From positions 19,222,001-19,286,000 of the forward strand of contig NC_086097.1 of NCBI RefSeq assembly GCF_963921235.1: a stretch of 64,000 nucleotides of DNA. Reading direction: 5' to 3'. A program made the position numbers and the translations under genes. Positions 12,360 to 25,090 of this stretch are shown piece by piece; within the stretch, counting starts at the first letter, position 1; each line of letters starts with the position of its first letter. The notes under the pieces are model-generated. The model was given only the letters and a program-made list of their open reading frames with translations. It did no database searches and had not been told where the DNA came from. Origin of the DNA: Mobula hypostoma. Its lineage: Eukaryota.

Positions 12360-14329
12360 AATCAAGTTCAAGTTTAAAGTCACCCGACTGTACATTTATA
12401 CAGACAAACTAAGCACCATTGCCCCAGACCGTGGGTGCACCCATACAATGTATACCGCACAGAGCACATAAACCAAAATATTATACTACAAATAAGTTAA
12501 TAAAATATAATTCAAAATGCATGTAGTAAAGCACAGAACAGGTAAACAGTTAACAGCGTGCTGTTCTAGTGATGACCTCGGTGGTGGCAGGATATTCATT
12601 AGTCTTAGAGCCTGAGGAGAGAAGCTGTTAGCCCATCTGGCAGTCCTAGTCCAGATGCTTTCGTACCCCCACCCTGGTGGTGGAGGGTCAAAGAGATTGC
12701 AGCTTGAGTGGTAGGAATCCTCAACAGTGCTTTGGGCTCTTCATCCACAATGCTCCCTGTAAAAGGCACAAATAGGGGCAAGGGAGACCTCAATGGTCCT
12801 TTACACCGTTCTTACTGGCCTCTGAAACGTCCTAGGTCTGAAGCCTCACAGCTTCTGATCCACACAACGGTGCAGCCAGACAGGACACTTGCCACGGCGC
12901 TCCTCTAGAAAGTAGAATAGAATGGGGACAGGGAACCTCGCACGCCTCAATCACTTCAGAAAGCGTAGACTTGCTATGCCTTCTTGACGAGTGAGGAGGT
13001 GTTGTGGGTTCAGGTCAGATCACCTGTTATGTGCACACCAAGGAACTTTGTGCTCTTCTCTCTCTCCATGGCAGAGCTATTGATGTAAAGTAGTAGTAGT
13101 AGTAGAAGTCATACTTTATTGATCCTGAGGGAAATTGTTTTTTGTTACAGTTGCACCATAAATAATTAAATAGTAATAAAAACCATAAATAATTAAATAG
13201 TAATATGTAAATTATGCCAGGAAATAAGTCCAAGACCAGCCAATTGGCTCAGGGTGTCTGACCCTCCAAGTGAGGAGTTGTAAAGTTTGATGGCCACAGG
13301 CAGGAATGACTTCCTATGACGCTCAGTGTTGCATCTCGGTGGAATAAGTCTCTGGCTGAATGTACTCCTGTGCCCACCCAGTACATTATGTAGTGGATGG
13401 GAGACATTGACCAAGATGGCATGCAACTTGGACAGCATCCTCTTTTCAGACACCACCGTCAGAGAGTCCAGTTCCATCCCCACAACATCACTGGCCTTAC
13501 GAATGAGATTATTGATTCTGTTGGTATCTGCTACCCTCAGCCTGCTGCCCCAGCGCACAACAGCAAACATGATAGCACTGGCCACCACAGACTCACAGAA
13601 CATCCTCAACATCGTCCGACAGATGTTAAAGGACCTCAGTCTCCTCAGGAAATAAAGACGGCTCTGACCCTTCTTGTAGACAGCCTCAGTGTTCTTTGAC
13701 CAGTCCAGTTTATTGTCAATTTGTATCCCCAGGTATTTGTAATCCTCTACCATGTCCACACTGACCCCCTGGATGGAAACAGGGGTCACCGGTACCTTAG
13801 CTCTTCTCAGGTCTACCACCAGCTCCTTAGTCTTTTTCACATTAAGCTGCAGATAATTCTGCTCACGCCATGTGACAAAGTTTCCTACCGTAGCCCTGTA
13901 CTCAGCCTCATCTCCCTTGCTGATGCATCCAACTATGGCAGAGTCATCAGAAAACTTCTGAAGATGACAAGGCTCTGTCATAAGTGCAGTTGTAAGTCAT
14001 CGCAGTGAACAGCAGCGGGCTGAGCACGCGGCCCTGGGGAGCACTAATGCTCAGTGTCATGGAGCTTCAGATGTTGCCGCCAACTCGGACTGACCAGGCT
14101 CATTCCATCCAGTTAAAGAGAGGGGTGTTGAGTTCAAATGAAGACAGTTTTCCCACCAGCCTCTGTGGGATGATCGCGTTAAACCCTGGGCTGAAGTCAA
14201 TGAACAACATCGTGGCATATGATGCATCATTTTCTAGGTGGGACAGGATGGATGTGGACGGCCAAGGCTATGTAGACCAGTTCGAGAGGTAGGCAAACTG
14301 GAAAGGATGCAATGTAGCTGGAAGGCTAG
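12360..14329 (-). mobile_element. Old Rex1/Babar element hosting a younger Rex1
   Basis: RT pieces at 13985-14329 and C-terminal plus tail pieces at 12360-13085. Confidence 0.7.
13090..13980 (-). mobile_element. Young 5'-truncated Rex1/Babar LINE with an uninterrupted 262-aa RT C-terminal frame
   Basis: ORF 13193..13981 has LQKFSDDSAIVG, LQLNVKKTKELVVDLRR, YKYLG, RLYFLRRLRSF; AATAAA then (TAC)n tail. Confidence 0.93.
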
Positions 14330-14562
14330 TGTTGTGTATTCAATATTTCAGTATTATTGTAAATATATTGTTTGATTAAATATTCTTTGTTGTTTACATA
14401 ATTCATTATGTTATATGTAAAAATACATAAACGACATACGTTATTACGCCACCACATCATATAAGTGTACAGCACACTAAAGTAAGAACGAGTAGACAAG
14501 TTATTCCCATCTCCATATTTTTATTATGATTAGGTTTTAGTGTTAGAAAACAGTGGCAATGA
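14330..14562 (+). mobile_element. Gypsy-type LTR with degenerate primer-binding site
   Basis: TGTTGTG...AAAACA (14330-14552) followed by GTGGCAATGAG, resembling the TGGCGACGAG PBS. Confidence 0.55.
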
Positions 14563-14744
14563 GTAAGTTTTAATTGATATGTGTTTGATTTCAATACTTA
14601 AAAGAAATTTGGATGGGAGGGGTATAGAGAACTATAGTCTGGGTGCAGGTCAATGGAACTAGGCAGAATAATAATTCAGCATGGAATAAGTAACCCAAAA
14701 GGCCCATTTCTATGCTCTATGACTCTATGATACCATTCTAAATG

Positions 14745-15153
14745 TGTAATAAACTCTTGGGCCTGTATGGAGAGCTACAGAGCATTGGGTTCTGAGGTTT
14801 TTAGAGCACCTGAATTGATTAATTGTTGTTTAACAAGAGTCATTAATTATTTAGAGTTCCTTGAGTTTTCTTAAACGACTCACTCTAATGTGGTCTCCTG
14901 GTGTCTTCTGTTTAAACTTGTTAAATTTACTTTGATAAGCGTCGGTATTCTGTGTTACTTGTATTATTTAAGTGAACACCTGATTAGCACTAATCGAGGG
15001 GTCTTAGTTTTGAGAATATTACTTCTCGCAGTGTTGCTTGGCCAAACCACTGATGTTATTTTGGAGTTATTATGAATAAACTTCCGTTGCCGGCTCTACA
15101 TCAGAACCTGTCTTTCCTCCGCACTGGGCTTTCGACATTGCCAGTGCGTGTCA
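14745..15153 (+). mobile_element. Possible solo LTR
   Basis: TGTAAT start, AATAAA near 15075, ends GTGTCA; no clear TSD. Confidence 0.35.
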
Positions 15154-16659
15154 TGATGAAAAAGGACAGCAGCAACAGAGGGACCTGGCTGGAAAGTGGA
15201 GCTGTGAACAAGGTATTATTGAATGTTGGACCGGGCTCAAAGGAATAGGTACTATTGCTGCTGCTGATTCATAAGTTCTTATAGCCTTATCCGTCATTAA
15301 CAAGAAATCAGGCAGGAGAATTAAATTAAATAATTTGCATCTAGCCTTATCTCAGTGAGCTTATTAGAAGCAGCAACCTCCAAAACCTTCTCAAGTGTGG
15401 CTGACGGAGTGAATCATCCCTGCTGGGCTTTATACTTCCCTAACTTTTTTAAAAGGATGTCTTTTTAATATTTCTAATAATATAAAATGATTATCCTGCT
15501 TCACTTGGACAATAAGAAGTCTTTCAAGGGTTACAGCATAAAGAGATTTTTTTTATATCAGTTAACTTCCTGCCGAGCTGCTTTGTCTCTGGTTTATTCA
15601 GGGTTTTGGAGAAATGAGCTAATGCCACTGCTTTGAAGCAGAAACTAAACTGATCATTGTACTGCACTTGAGTTTGAAGGATCAATAAGGGACTTACAAT
15701 CCATTAGGACAGTCTATGATGAGCTCAGTGCAATGCCAGTAGGCAGTCGACTTCTTCATTATTGTGTAACTAACCGCTGAAATATTGGCATCGGGGCCAC
15801 GATTAATCTTTAAATTGCTCCTACCTCTTTTAGATCCTACTTCCAAAAGTTACCGTGGGTCGTCTGATTCTTTATCCTAGTGGAAATGAGAGATGGCTGC
15901 ACACTACTTGTAGGTATAGCCAACCCACGCCGCAGTCCTCAACTTGTAAATGCAACGCCATCAATACATTGGAGTAGATGTCAATAATGCGCAGTGCACT
16001 GTTCTCTGGCCATGGGTATACACTCAAACCCAACCACACTCTAAGCATTTTGTCCAGCCTTTCAATTTTGTAAATCGAGAAATGGCCATATTTCCATTTG
16101 TTCACCAAAACCCACCATGATGGTTTGTTTTCATTCCCTCTATATCTTACTCCTCTCAAATTTTGTATCTCCACTGAATTCTTCAAGGTCTCTTCACTCC
16201 TCTAATCCTGACCTCTTTATTCTCTCTTCAGTAGCCAAAGCCCTAAGGTCAATCTTTCCTTCTTACATCTCTGATCTTTCCCTTATTTTCCTTCATGATG
16301 CTCCTCAGATCTAATCACCTATGTACTCGTATTCTAATATATGAAAGGAGGACCCCATTTCAAAATTTCCCTGAGATTTGCTTGGTAAAGTGCTTGGAGA
16401 TGTTTAGCTATTTTAAAGGTGATATACAACTGCAAGGTGTTTTTGTTGTAATCTATAAAACATAGGAATGGTCGAGCAAACTCAGTGGACCAAATGACCT
16501 AATTCTCTTCCTATGTCTAAAGGTCTTTTGGATTCCATTCAACATGTGGAATTTGTCCATTATTGTGTCCTTGGGAGATTCTAATGGACCTCACAGAAAT
16601 CTCACAGACTTCTGGAATGTTCAGGATGGGACACACTGCAAATTGCCTATCGCCACAAT

Positions 16660-17880
16660 AGGTCTTCAGTGGACAGAAATCTCATTGGCTCTCCATGCAG
16701 GTTTGGATCACTGGGACTATACAAGTACCTGTGTCAGGATGCAGTTTATTGACTACAGTTCATCATTTAACACCATCATTCCTACATTTCTGATTGAAAA
16801 GCTCCAGAACCAGGGTCTCTGTACCTCCCTCCGCAACCGGATCTTTGACTTCCTAACTGGAAGACCACAATATGTGTGAATTAGAAATAACATCTTCAAC
16901 TCGCTTACAATCAACCCTGGCACATCTCAGGGACGTGTGCTTAGCCACTACCCTACTCTATTTACACCTATGGCTATGTGGCTAGGCACAGGTCAAATGC
17001 CATCTATAAGTTTGCTAATGATACAACTATTGTTGGCAGAATGTCGGATAGTGACGAGAAGGCGTACAGGAGTGAGATAAACCAACTAGTTGAGTGATGT
17101 CGCAGTAATGCCTTGCACTCAATATCAGTAAGACCAAAGAAATGATCGTGGACTTCAGAAAGGGGAAGACAAGGAATATACACCAATCCTCATAGAGGGA
17201 TCAGAAGTAGAGAGAGTGAGTAATTTCAGGTTCCTGGGTGTCAAGATCTCTGGGGACCTAACCCGGACCCAATATATCAATGCAGCTATAAAGATGGCAA
17301 GAAAACAATTATATTTCATTAGGAGTTGGAGAAGATTTGGCATGTCACCAAAAGCACTTGCAAATTTCTGCAACGTACCGTGGAGAGCATTTTAACTGAC
17401 TACATCACTGTCGGATATGTCGGCGGGGTGGGGGGGGGGAAGCTGCTGCATAAGATCAAAGTAAACTGCAGAGCTGTAATATGACTCAGCTCCATCACGG
17501 GCACTAGCCTCCGTATTATCCAGGACATCTTCAAGGAGCGGTGCCTCAGAAAGGCGGCATCTATCATTAAGGATCCCCGTCACCCGCGGCATGCCCTCTT
17601 CTTATTGCTACCATCAGGAAGGAAGTACAGCAGCTAGAAGACACACTTAACAATTCAGGAACAGTTTCTTCCCTTCCGCTATCTGATTTCTGAATGAACA
17701 TTGAAACCCATGAACACTACCTCACCTCTCTTGTTTCTACTTCTTCGCAGTACTTATTTAATTTAGCTATTTCATATATATATAAAATATATATACAGTT
17801 TTTTCTCTCTATTGCCATGAATTGCATTGTTCTGCTGTCACGAAGTTAACAAATTTCATGACATATGATATTAGATCTGA
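16660..17880 (+). mobile_element. Rex1/Babar LINE RT half and 3' end
   Basis: [29 protein letters not shown]; downstream RT and tail segments resemble the other Rex1 copies. Confidence 0.9.
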
Positions 17881-18379
17881 TCCAGATTTTTTTCTCTACC
17901 ACACAATGAACATTTTTTATCTCCATCCTACTATACTAACAGCCTACAGTCTGCACTGTAATTGGTAATCGGCTTATTATCATTGCATGTACCAAGGTAC
18001 AATGAAAAGCTTTGTTTTCAATGCCATCAAAGCATAAGAACATTGAAGTACTGTAATACAAAGAGAAAAACAATAACAGATCCATGTCACATTTACAGAG
18101 AAAGTGCAGTGCAGGTAAACAAGGGTTATGATGAGGTAGACTGAGAGATTAAGATTTCATCTTTATTGTAAAAGAGATGTGCTCCAGTCTTATATCAGTG
18201 AGCGAGAGGCTGTCCTGGAGCCTGATGGTGCTTGATTTCAAGCTTCTGTATCTTTTGCCCAGACAGAGTGAGCAAGAAGAGATAGTCCTGTGATTACGTT
18301 GGCTGCATTCCCGAGGTAGCAGGCAGTGTGAGGTTGTCAGTGGAATGGGCACTGGTTTTCATGATGTAACACACATAAA

Positions 18380-18880
18380 ATGTGTGGTCCAGAATCTCCA
18401 GAGGGGAAGGCCCCGAGTCCTCGGCTTTGCTTGTTGCTCGGCGGCCGGGGTGGGGTCGAAGCGCTCAGCAGAGTATGGTGCTCGGAGAGGCTGTGTCAGA
18501 GGGGTTGGTCGGAGGCTCAAAGTTTTCGGACGGACTCAGAGCCCGCTGCAGTTCGGTGCTTCCAATGGTGCTGCATCAGCAAGTTCGCAGCGCTTGGATG
18601 TTCATGGCAGGGAGAGTTTCTCCCTTCTACTGCCTGCGTGGGATGATGAGTCTATCGGGACTTTGAGACTTTTTTTTACCGCGCCCATGGTCTGCTCCTT
18701 ATCAAATTACGGTATTGCTTTGCACTGTTGTAACTATATGTTATAATTATGTGATTTTGTAAGTTTTAGTCGGTTTGTCCTGTGTTTTCTTGTGATATCA
18801 TTCTAGAGGAACATTGTATCATTATTTAATGCATGCATTTCTAAATGATGATAAACGAGGACTGAGTGTCCTCATAATCT
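18380..18880 (+). mobile_element. 5'-truncated copy of the non-coding element at 37635-38297
   Basis: Shares gaggggaaggccc, atcaaattacggtattgctttgcactg and gaggactg.gtgtcctcataatc with 37810-38297. Confidence 0.85.
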
Positions 18881-18887
18881 TTAAAAA

Positions 18888-19045
18888 AAATGCCGGAGGA
18901 ACTCAGCAGCCCTGCTGAAGGGTCTCGACCCAAAACACCAACTGTTTATTCCTTTCCATAGACGCTGCCTGACTTGCTGAGTTCCTCCAGCATTTTGTGT
19001 GTATGACTCTGGATTTCCAACATCTGGAGAATCTCTAGTGTTTAT
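18888..19045 (+). mobile_element. PLE terminal repeat with a short inverted duplication
   Basis: aaaatgccggaggaactcagca (18888-18908) is inverted against tgctgagttcctccagcatttt; decayed hammerhead between them. Confidence 0.75.
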
Positions 19046-19199
19046 AGGTTCTCGAATGAATTGGGCTGATGGACTGGGCTGTGACCTCAATCTCTACAAT
19101 TTCTTGCACTCTTGGCTAGAGCACTTGCTTAGCTACAATACATCTGGGAAAGGATGGTCTCTATGGGTCATCCAGAGGTTCAATCAGCATCAGGAGCAG

Positions 19200-19757
19200 A
19201 GCACTGCAAATTAAATAGAAGTACAGAAGGGGAAAGTGGAGTGGCCGTTGTTGGGAGTAGGCCAGCGGTGAGAGCAGGAGCGTCAGGCTTTGACTCAGGA
19301 GGCTGAGGCCAAAGAAACAGCTTAGAGGATTTGGTCTTGATTGCCCATTGTACTGTGCAGACAGGATGGCAGATATGGCAGTGGAATGCTCCTCCTGTGG
19401 GATGTGGGAGTTCATGGAACCTGATGGTCTCCCTGATGACTACACCCTCAGGAAGTGCAGCCAACTCCAGCTCCTGAAAGACCGTGTTAAGGAGCTGGAG
19501 ATGGAGTTGGATGAACTTAGGATCATCCGAGAGGCAGAGCAATTGATAGATACAACTTTTGAGCAGGTGGTTACACCCAGAGTGCAGAATTCAGGGAATA
19601 CATGGGTGAACACTGAGAGATAGGTACATGGAGCTTAGAAAAATAGAGGGCTATGCGGTAGGCAAATTCTAGGCAGTTTCTAGAGTAGGTTAAATGGTCA
19701 GGACAACATTGTGGGCCGAAGGGCCTGTAATGGGCTGTAAATTTTCTATGTTCTATC
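19200..19757 (+). mobile_element. CR1 5' end (ORF1 zinc finger/leucine zipper) abutting a CR1 3' end
   Basis: ORF 19348..19623 has AVECSSCGMWEF..YTLRKCSQLQLLKDRVKELEMELDEL, then the CR1 3' UTR with ttctatg tail. Confidence 0.85.
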
Positions 19758-19926
19758 TATAAAAACTAGTGAGGTTCAGTGGGATCATACCAAATTTCTT
19801 TAGACTCTGGAAGAAGTAGAGGCACTTGGCCATACATGGTTATACCAGGAAAAAACAGTTGGTGATATTTACACTTAGGAACTTGACTGTCTCAATCACC
19901 TCTCAGCACCATTGATATACATATAA

Positions 19927-20230
19927 GGCATCCGTTAGTCTTACAAGACCATAGATCTGCGCCTGGAAAGTCTTCACTCTCCAGGGCGCAGGCCTGGGCA
20001 AGGTTGTATGGAAGACCAGCAGTTGCCCATGCTGCAAGTCTCCCTTCTCCACGACACCAATGTTGCCCAAGGGAAGGGCATTAGGACCCATACAGCTTGG
20101 CACCAGTGTTGCCACTGGTTAAGATTAAGTGCCTTGCTCAAGGACACAACACGTTCCCTCGGCTGGGGCTCAAACTCACGACCTTCAGGTAGCTAGTCCA
20201 ATGCCTTAACCACTTGGCCACATGGCCACA
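19927..20230 (-). mobile_element. tRNA-derived SINE (CORE-like body, probable RTE-type tail)
   Basis: Minus strand: A box TGGCCAAGTGG, B box GAGTTTGAGCCC, then GTGTCCTTGAGCAAGGCACTTAA. Second copy at 40388-40683. Confidence 0.88.
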
Positions 20231-20893
20231 CGTGGTATACATAGATGTATACATACTACATAGACGTCTAGGCCTAGAACTGATGACCTGTCTGTGCCAA
20301 ATGACTTGAGATTGACCAGAACAACATCTAATGTATTTAAATTGATTTTGGATCTTTAGATAAGCTGTGTTTACAACCCAATGCAATGTAATGCATTACT
20401 CAGCAAGAGCTGGCTTTCAGATGTGCTGTCAGATGTTATGTGAAAGTGAGTCACCATCTGCTTTTGTAAGTGGATGTAAAAGATGGGAGACTTCCTGTCT
20501 GATAGCTGTACCCCATTCATTGCCAGTAAAATGGGAAAACTACAGCTTATGGGTTTTCATGGAAGAGGCAAGGTGAAAATTGGATGCTCTTGGATACACC
20601 CTAAATACATGACATTATTATTAAGGAAGATTGCAGCAGAATTGGATCTGCAGTGCATGGAGAATTCCTTGAGGTTGAAAGAGGAACAACATAATGGGAG
20701 TACGCCCACCTTTTCTCCTTAAAAGTACCTCTAGGAGTGGTTTAATGATCTCATCAGGTCAACAGGAGAATACTACTCTGTTCTAAATCTATCAAGCACA
20801 TGCTGCCAAAATGTAGAGGGCATTTCCTCTGGAATTTCTGCCAAAGATGTATTACAGCAATGTGAACACCCACTTAAGAATCTTGTTAAAAAA

Positions 20894-21768
20894 AGTTCAA
20901 AGTACCTTTATTATAATGTATACATTATACAGCCTAAAGATTTGCCCCCTTACAGGCAACCACAAAACAAAAATGCCCAATATAACCCATTTAAAAAAAA
21001 GACTGCCAAATATCCAATTGTGCAGGAATAAAAATCGTGCAAACAATAAAAGAAAGCAAACAGCATGCAGAGCTGAAGGTGAGTCCACAGACATGATGCA
21101 ACTGATCCAGTTGTCCATTAGTTTCAAGCCATGTGCTTAGTTCAGAGCAGGGGTGAGTACTGGCCCATCTCTCGACTCCAGCCCCGACACCCCGAGCTTT
21201 TTCAGTCTGGCCTGGCACTCAAATCGTCCAACCCTTGGGTCATTCCTTGCTCTAGGACCCAGGACTGCCACTTCGATACACTGTTGGCCCCAGGCCCCAC
21301 TGCCTTGATTTGGCCCGTACCCAAACTTTCCAATTCAGTCTGTTACTTAAATCAATCAAACCTCAGATCTTTCCTTCCTCTGGGGCCCGAGTTCCGCCTC
21401 AACTCTGCCTCAACTCTGCTTGACGTATGTCAGTTCTGCCACATTGAATCATCTCCAAGTCCACTTCAGCAATGGCCAAACATCAGCTCATTCCCCACTC
21501 CCGTGCCCGGGCCAAACCAACCAAATCAATTCAGCTTCTCCTGCCAGACCACAACCATCCTCACCTTCGAGACTTCAATTCACACTGCAATAATGCCAGG
21601 TCATACAGGAGATTCAACAGCTCAACTCTGAAAGGGAAGTTACAGGCTATCGATTGCAGTGATCGTTTACCAGAAAAAGTATGACTAATAAAACAGTAAT
21701 TTTCTTTGTTTTGTTTACCAGCAGCAATTAGTCGGAGAGCTTCAGCAGCCATCTTAAACCGGAATCCC
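20894..21768 (-). mobile_element. Non-autonomous ORF-less element with LINE-like 5' end and Rex1-type tail
   Basis: Minus 5' end GGGATTCCGGTTTAAGATGGC; 3' end AATAAAGGTACTTTGAAC, like Rex1 tails in this window. Confidence 0.6.
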
Positions 21769-22689
21769 ACTGCGGAGTAATCAAAAATATTTGTCAATGA
21801 ATCTCATCTAGCACATCAGAAGTGTAAGGCTGAAGGAGGAGATGAAAGAAAGGGAGAGGGAGTTTGAGGATTAAAGAGTAAATTCCAGAGCTCAGGCAGA
21901 GCAAAGCTGTTGACGTAAAGCAATTAAAATCATGTCGGAAAACAAATTGGAATTCCCAGAAAAGAAATAGGCACCATCAGGATTCCTAGACCTGCAAAGG
22001 CTTAGATTGCCATCAGTCTGGAATTTCATTAACAGCGGGAAATTTGTATCTAGAAATCAATAGCTGAGCCTAACAGGCTTGAGCAAGACACCAGAGAGAA
22101 TTTTCTCACCTCAAAATACAACAAAGTCTCGTGGAGGAAAATAAGGATTTTCAAGACTTGCAATAAATCTTGCTGTGGAAATGAGGCCCCTTTAATTGGG
22201 CCAACTTGGAGAGGTTGTGCTTTAACGGAATCCTGGCAGCCTGATTCAGTACATTTCACAACTTGTTAATATTGTTACTGCCTGGCTACGAATCTTGGCA
22301 CCTTGCAGGGAATCAAAATGAGATTTAATAAGCATGAGGAATGAGATAGAATGCGAGCTCTACAAGCATTATAAAGACAAGTTTATTTCCCAAGGGAAGC
22401 TTACACTAAATCAGACTGGACTAGGTAAGAGGGGAGGAAAATGGCAATGAGTCAACAAAAGTTAGGAATTAACAAGCAAGGTGATACTTCTGGTATTTAG
22501 TGTAATGCCTTACAGTGAAGTGGTGAGATTTTATCTTGAATGTAAGAAACAATTGTTGTTGAGGATTTATGAACTTGGACTCTGGGATTGTACAGTGGAT
22601 CAGTTGTCCCTCCATTGCTAACCATGCCCCTTCTGTAAGGATCTGTAAGACAGAAAAGGTAAGTACACTGAAACATTGAAAAGAAATTC

Positions 22690-23045
22690 AAAAGTTCAGA
22701 GTAAATCTATTATCAAAGTGCATATATGTCGCCATGTATCACCCCGAGATTCATTTTCTTGCAGGCATTCACAGTAGAACAAAGAAATACAATGGAACCA
22801 ATGAAAAACCACACACAAGGACTGATAAACAACAATATGCAAAAAAACAAATAATAATAATATTAATAAATTAGTATGTAAATATATAATATTGAGAACA
22901 TGAGTTATAGAGCTCTTGAAAGTGATTCCATAAGTTGTGGAGTCAGTTCAACGTTGAGTGGGTGAAGTTATCCATGCTAGTTCAGGAGCCTGATGGATGA
23001 AGGGTATTATCTGTTCCTGAACCTGGTGGTAAGGCTCCTGTACAC
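22690..23045 (-). mobile_element. Rex1/Babar 3' end
   Basis: gttcagagtaaatctattatcaaagtgcatatatgtcgcc..ccgagattcattttcttgcaggcattcacag tail. Confidence 0.75.
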
Positions 23046-24089
23046 TGAATGATCATTGAAGTAAAAAAACACGAATGGAATGGTGTGTGGACAGTATCGG
23101 AGAGAGCAGGGCTGGACAGGCTCTCATAGAGCACAGACTCCAACATGGAGAAGCCCAAGGGGACTGTTTCAGTGCTAAATACTCCATGTAATCTGCAGGT
23201 TCTGGCAACAGTCCTAGCAGACTGGTAGGCAATACATGTAATACTGCTGTTCAGGAGAGAACAGAAAGAGAAAGCAGGAAGCTACAGAGCAATTGGCCTG
23301 GCATCAGTTGCACTGGAAGTACTACAATCCATCATTAAGCACATGGTAACAAGGCACTTCAAAAATCAGAGAATGATTGGAATCACATTGTTTCATGAAA
23401 GCGAAATCATATTTGATAAGATATTTTTGAGGATGTAGTTTGCAGGGTGCACAAAGGAGAATGAGCAGATTTTACTGTAACTGGCACAAATTCTGGAGTT
23501 AATTAACAGCCTGGTTCAAATTCAGATTGCTTCTGTACAACACATCAACAAATTTCCTTATTTCAGATGCAGGAAATAATAGATGCAGTAAATTATGTAT
23601 AATTTCCAGCTCCTCTCATTTCTGGAGACTCAGTGGAAGTTATAACCCAAGAATCTAGCAAGGGATCTTGACTTGGCCAGAAAATTAAAAAAAGAAAGTC
23701 CACACTTGATGTCCTGGCAGCATCTTGTTGAAGGACAGCAGGAGATGGCTTCTGATTGGCTGTTCGGAGATTTCATTTTTAAATCTTTTTTATCAATTAT
23801 TATTGAAAATCAACAACAAAGAAAAATACATCAAGATAATCAAGACAACATATCCATATGTAGAATAACAGTTAAACTATCAACCAAACTAAACAGTAAA
23901 ATAACTAAATAACCAAACTAAATAATAAAAAAAAACAAAATGTTAAAGCTATTTTTTTTAATGGAACGTAGGGTCGGCCAGCAGTGGTGAAGAGGCTACA
24001 TCAGATTAGTAGGACAAGGCATGATCCAATGTTCAAAATGGTTGCTGGGGTGAATGTGTTTACATTACGCTAAAAATAGATCACAGTTT

Positions 24090-25090
24090 ATGGACATCAC
24101 AGAAATCAGACACCCCTCTGTAGACCCTGTCTATACCTCTCTCTATCTTGGTAAAGCAGCCATTATATTTTATGACCCCACTCACCCCAGATATTCTCAC
24201 TTCTCCCCACTCCTACTGGGCAGATGATACAAAAGCCCGAAAGCACGTAGTAGCAGGCTCAAGGACTGCTTCTATCCCACTGTTGTAAGACAATAGGATA
24301 GTCCCATAGTTTGATAAGAACTCTGGACCTCACAATCTACCTCATTATGGTCTTGAAACTTTTTGTCTACCTGTACTGCACTTTCTCTGTACCTCTAACA
24401 CTTCATGTTGCATTCTGTTATGGTTTTACCTCAATGCACTATTGTAATGAAATTATCAGTAGGAACGGTGTGCATTTCACTGTACCTCATCACATGTGAC
24501 AATAATAAACCAATTTACCAATTTACTTACTGATTTTAAGATCAACTGTGGCTAGGCTTTTGCTTCTGAGTCAGATTCCCATTCTGAGAGTTGAGCACTG
24601 AACTCAGACTGGAACTAGTATTGGAATTGGTTTACATATTACTGCCACATGTACCAGAAGACAGTGGGGAGCTTGTCTTGCATACTGTTCAGATCAAATC
24701 GTCAACCGTGCATTGAGGTAGAACAAGGAAAACAATAACAATAAAATAAAGCGTAACAGCTACAGAGAAGGTGCAGTACACGTGAATGATAAAGCGCAGA
24801 ATCCTAACAAGGTAGACTGTGAGGTCAAGAGTCCATCTCATTGAACAAGAAGCCCATTCAAGAGTTTGATTAACAGTGGAATAGAAGCTCTCATTGAGCT
24901 TGGTTTATGTGCTTTCAGACTTTTGCATCTTCTGCCTGATGGTAGAGGAGAGAAGAGAAAATGTCCGGGGGGGGTGCATCTTTGATTATGCTGGCTGTTT
25001 TACTGAGGCAGTGAAAAATGTAGACAGAGGCCATCAAGGGGAGCTGGTTTCTGTGATGTGCTGGGCTGTGTCCAGAACTCACTGTAGCTT
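24090..25090. mobile_element. Two Rex1 3' ends, tail to tail (24090-24530 on +, 24620-25090 on -)
   Basis: CLSKTASIIKD-type C-termini and AATAAA tails, similar to 1535-2010. Confidence 0.7.

Noticed and set aside
15872..16186. 104-aa ORF as an exon or endogenous viral fragment
   Set aside because: No recognisable motif and no consistent splice sites; a BLASTX search would be needed.
20160..20230. tRNA gene
   Set aside because: It is a SINE head that continues into the SINE body and recurs at 28313 and about 40610-40683.
23775..23960. A-rich tract as an L1/Tx1 3' end
   Set aside because: Low complexity with no coding remnant, so it cannot be supported.
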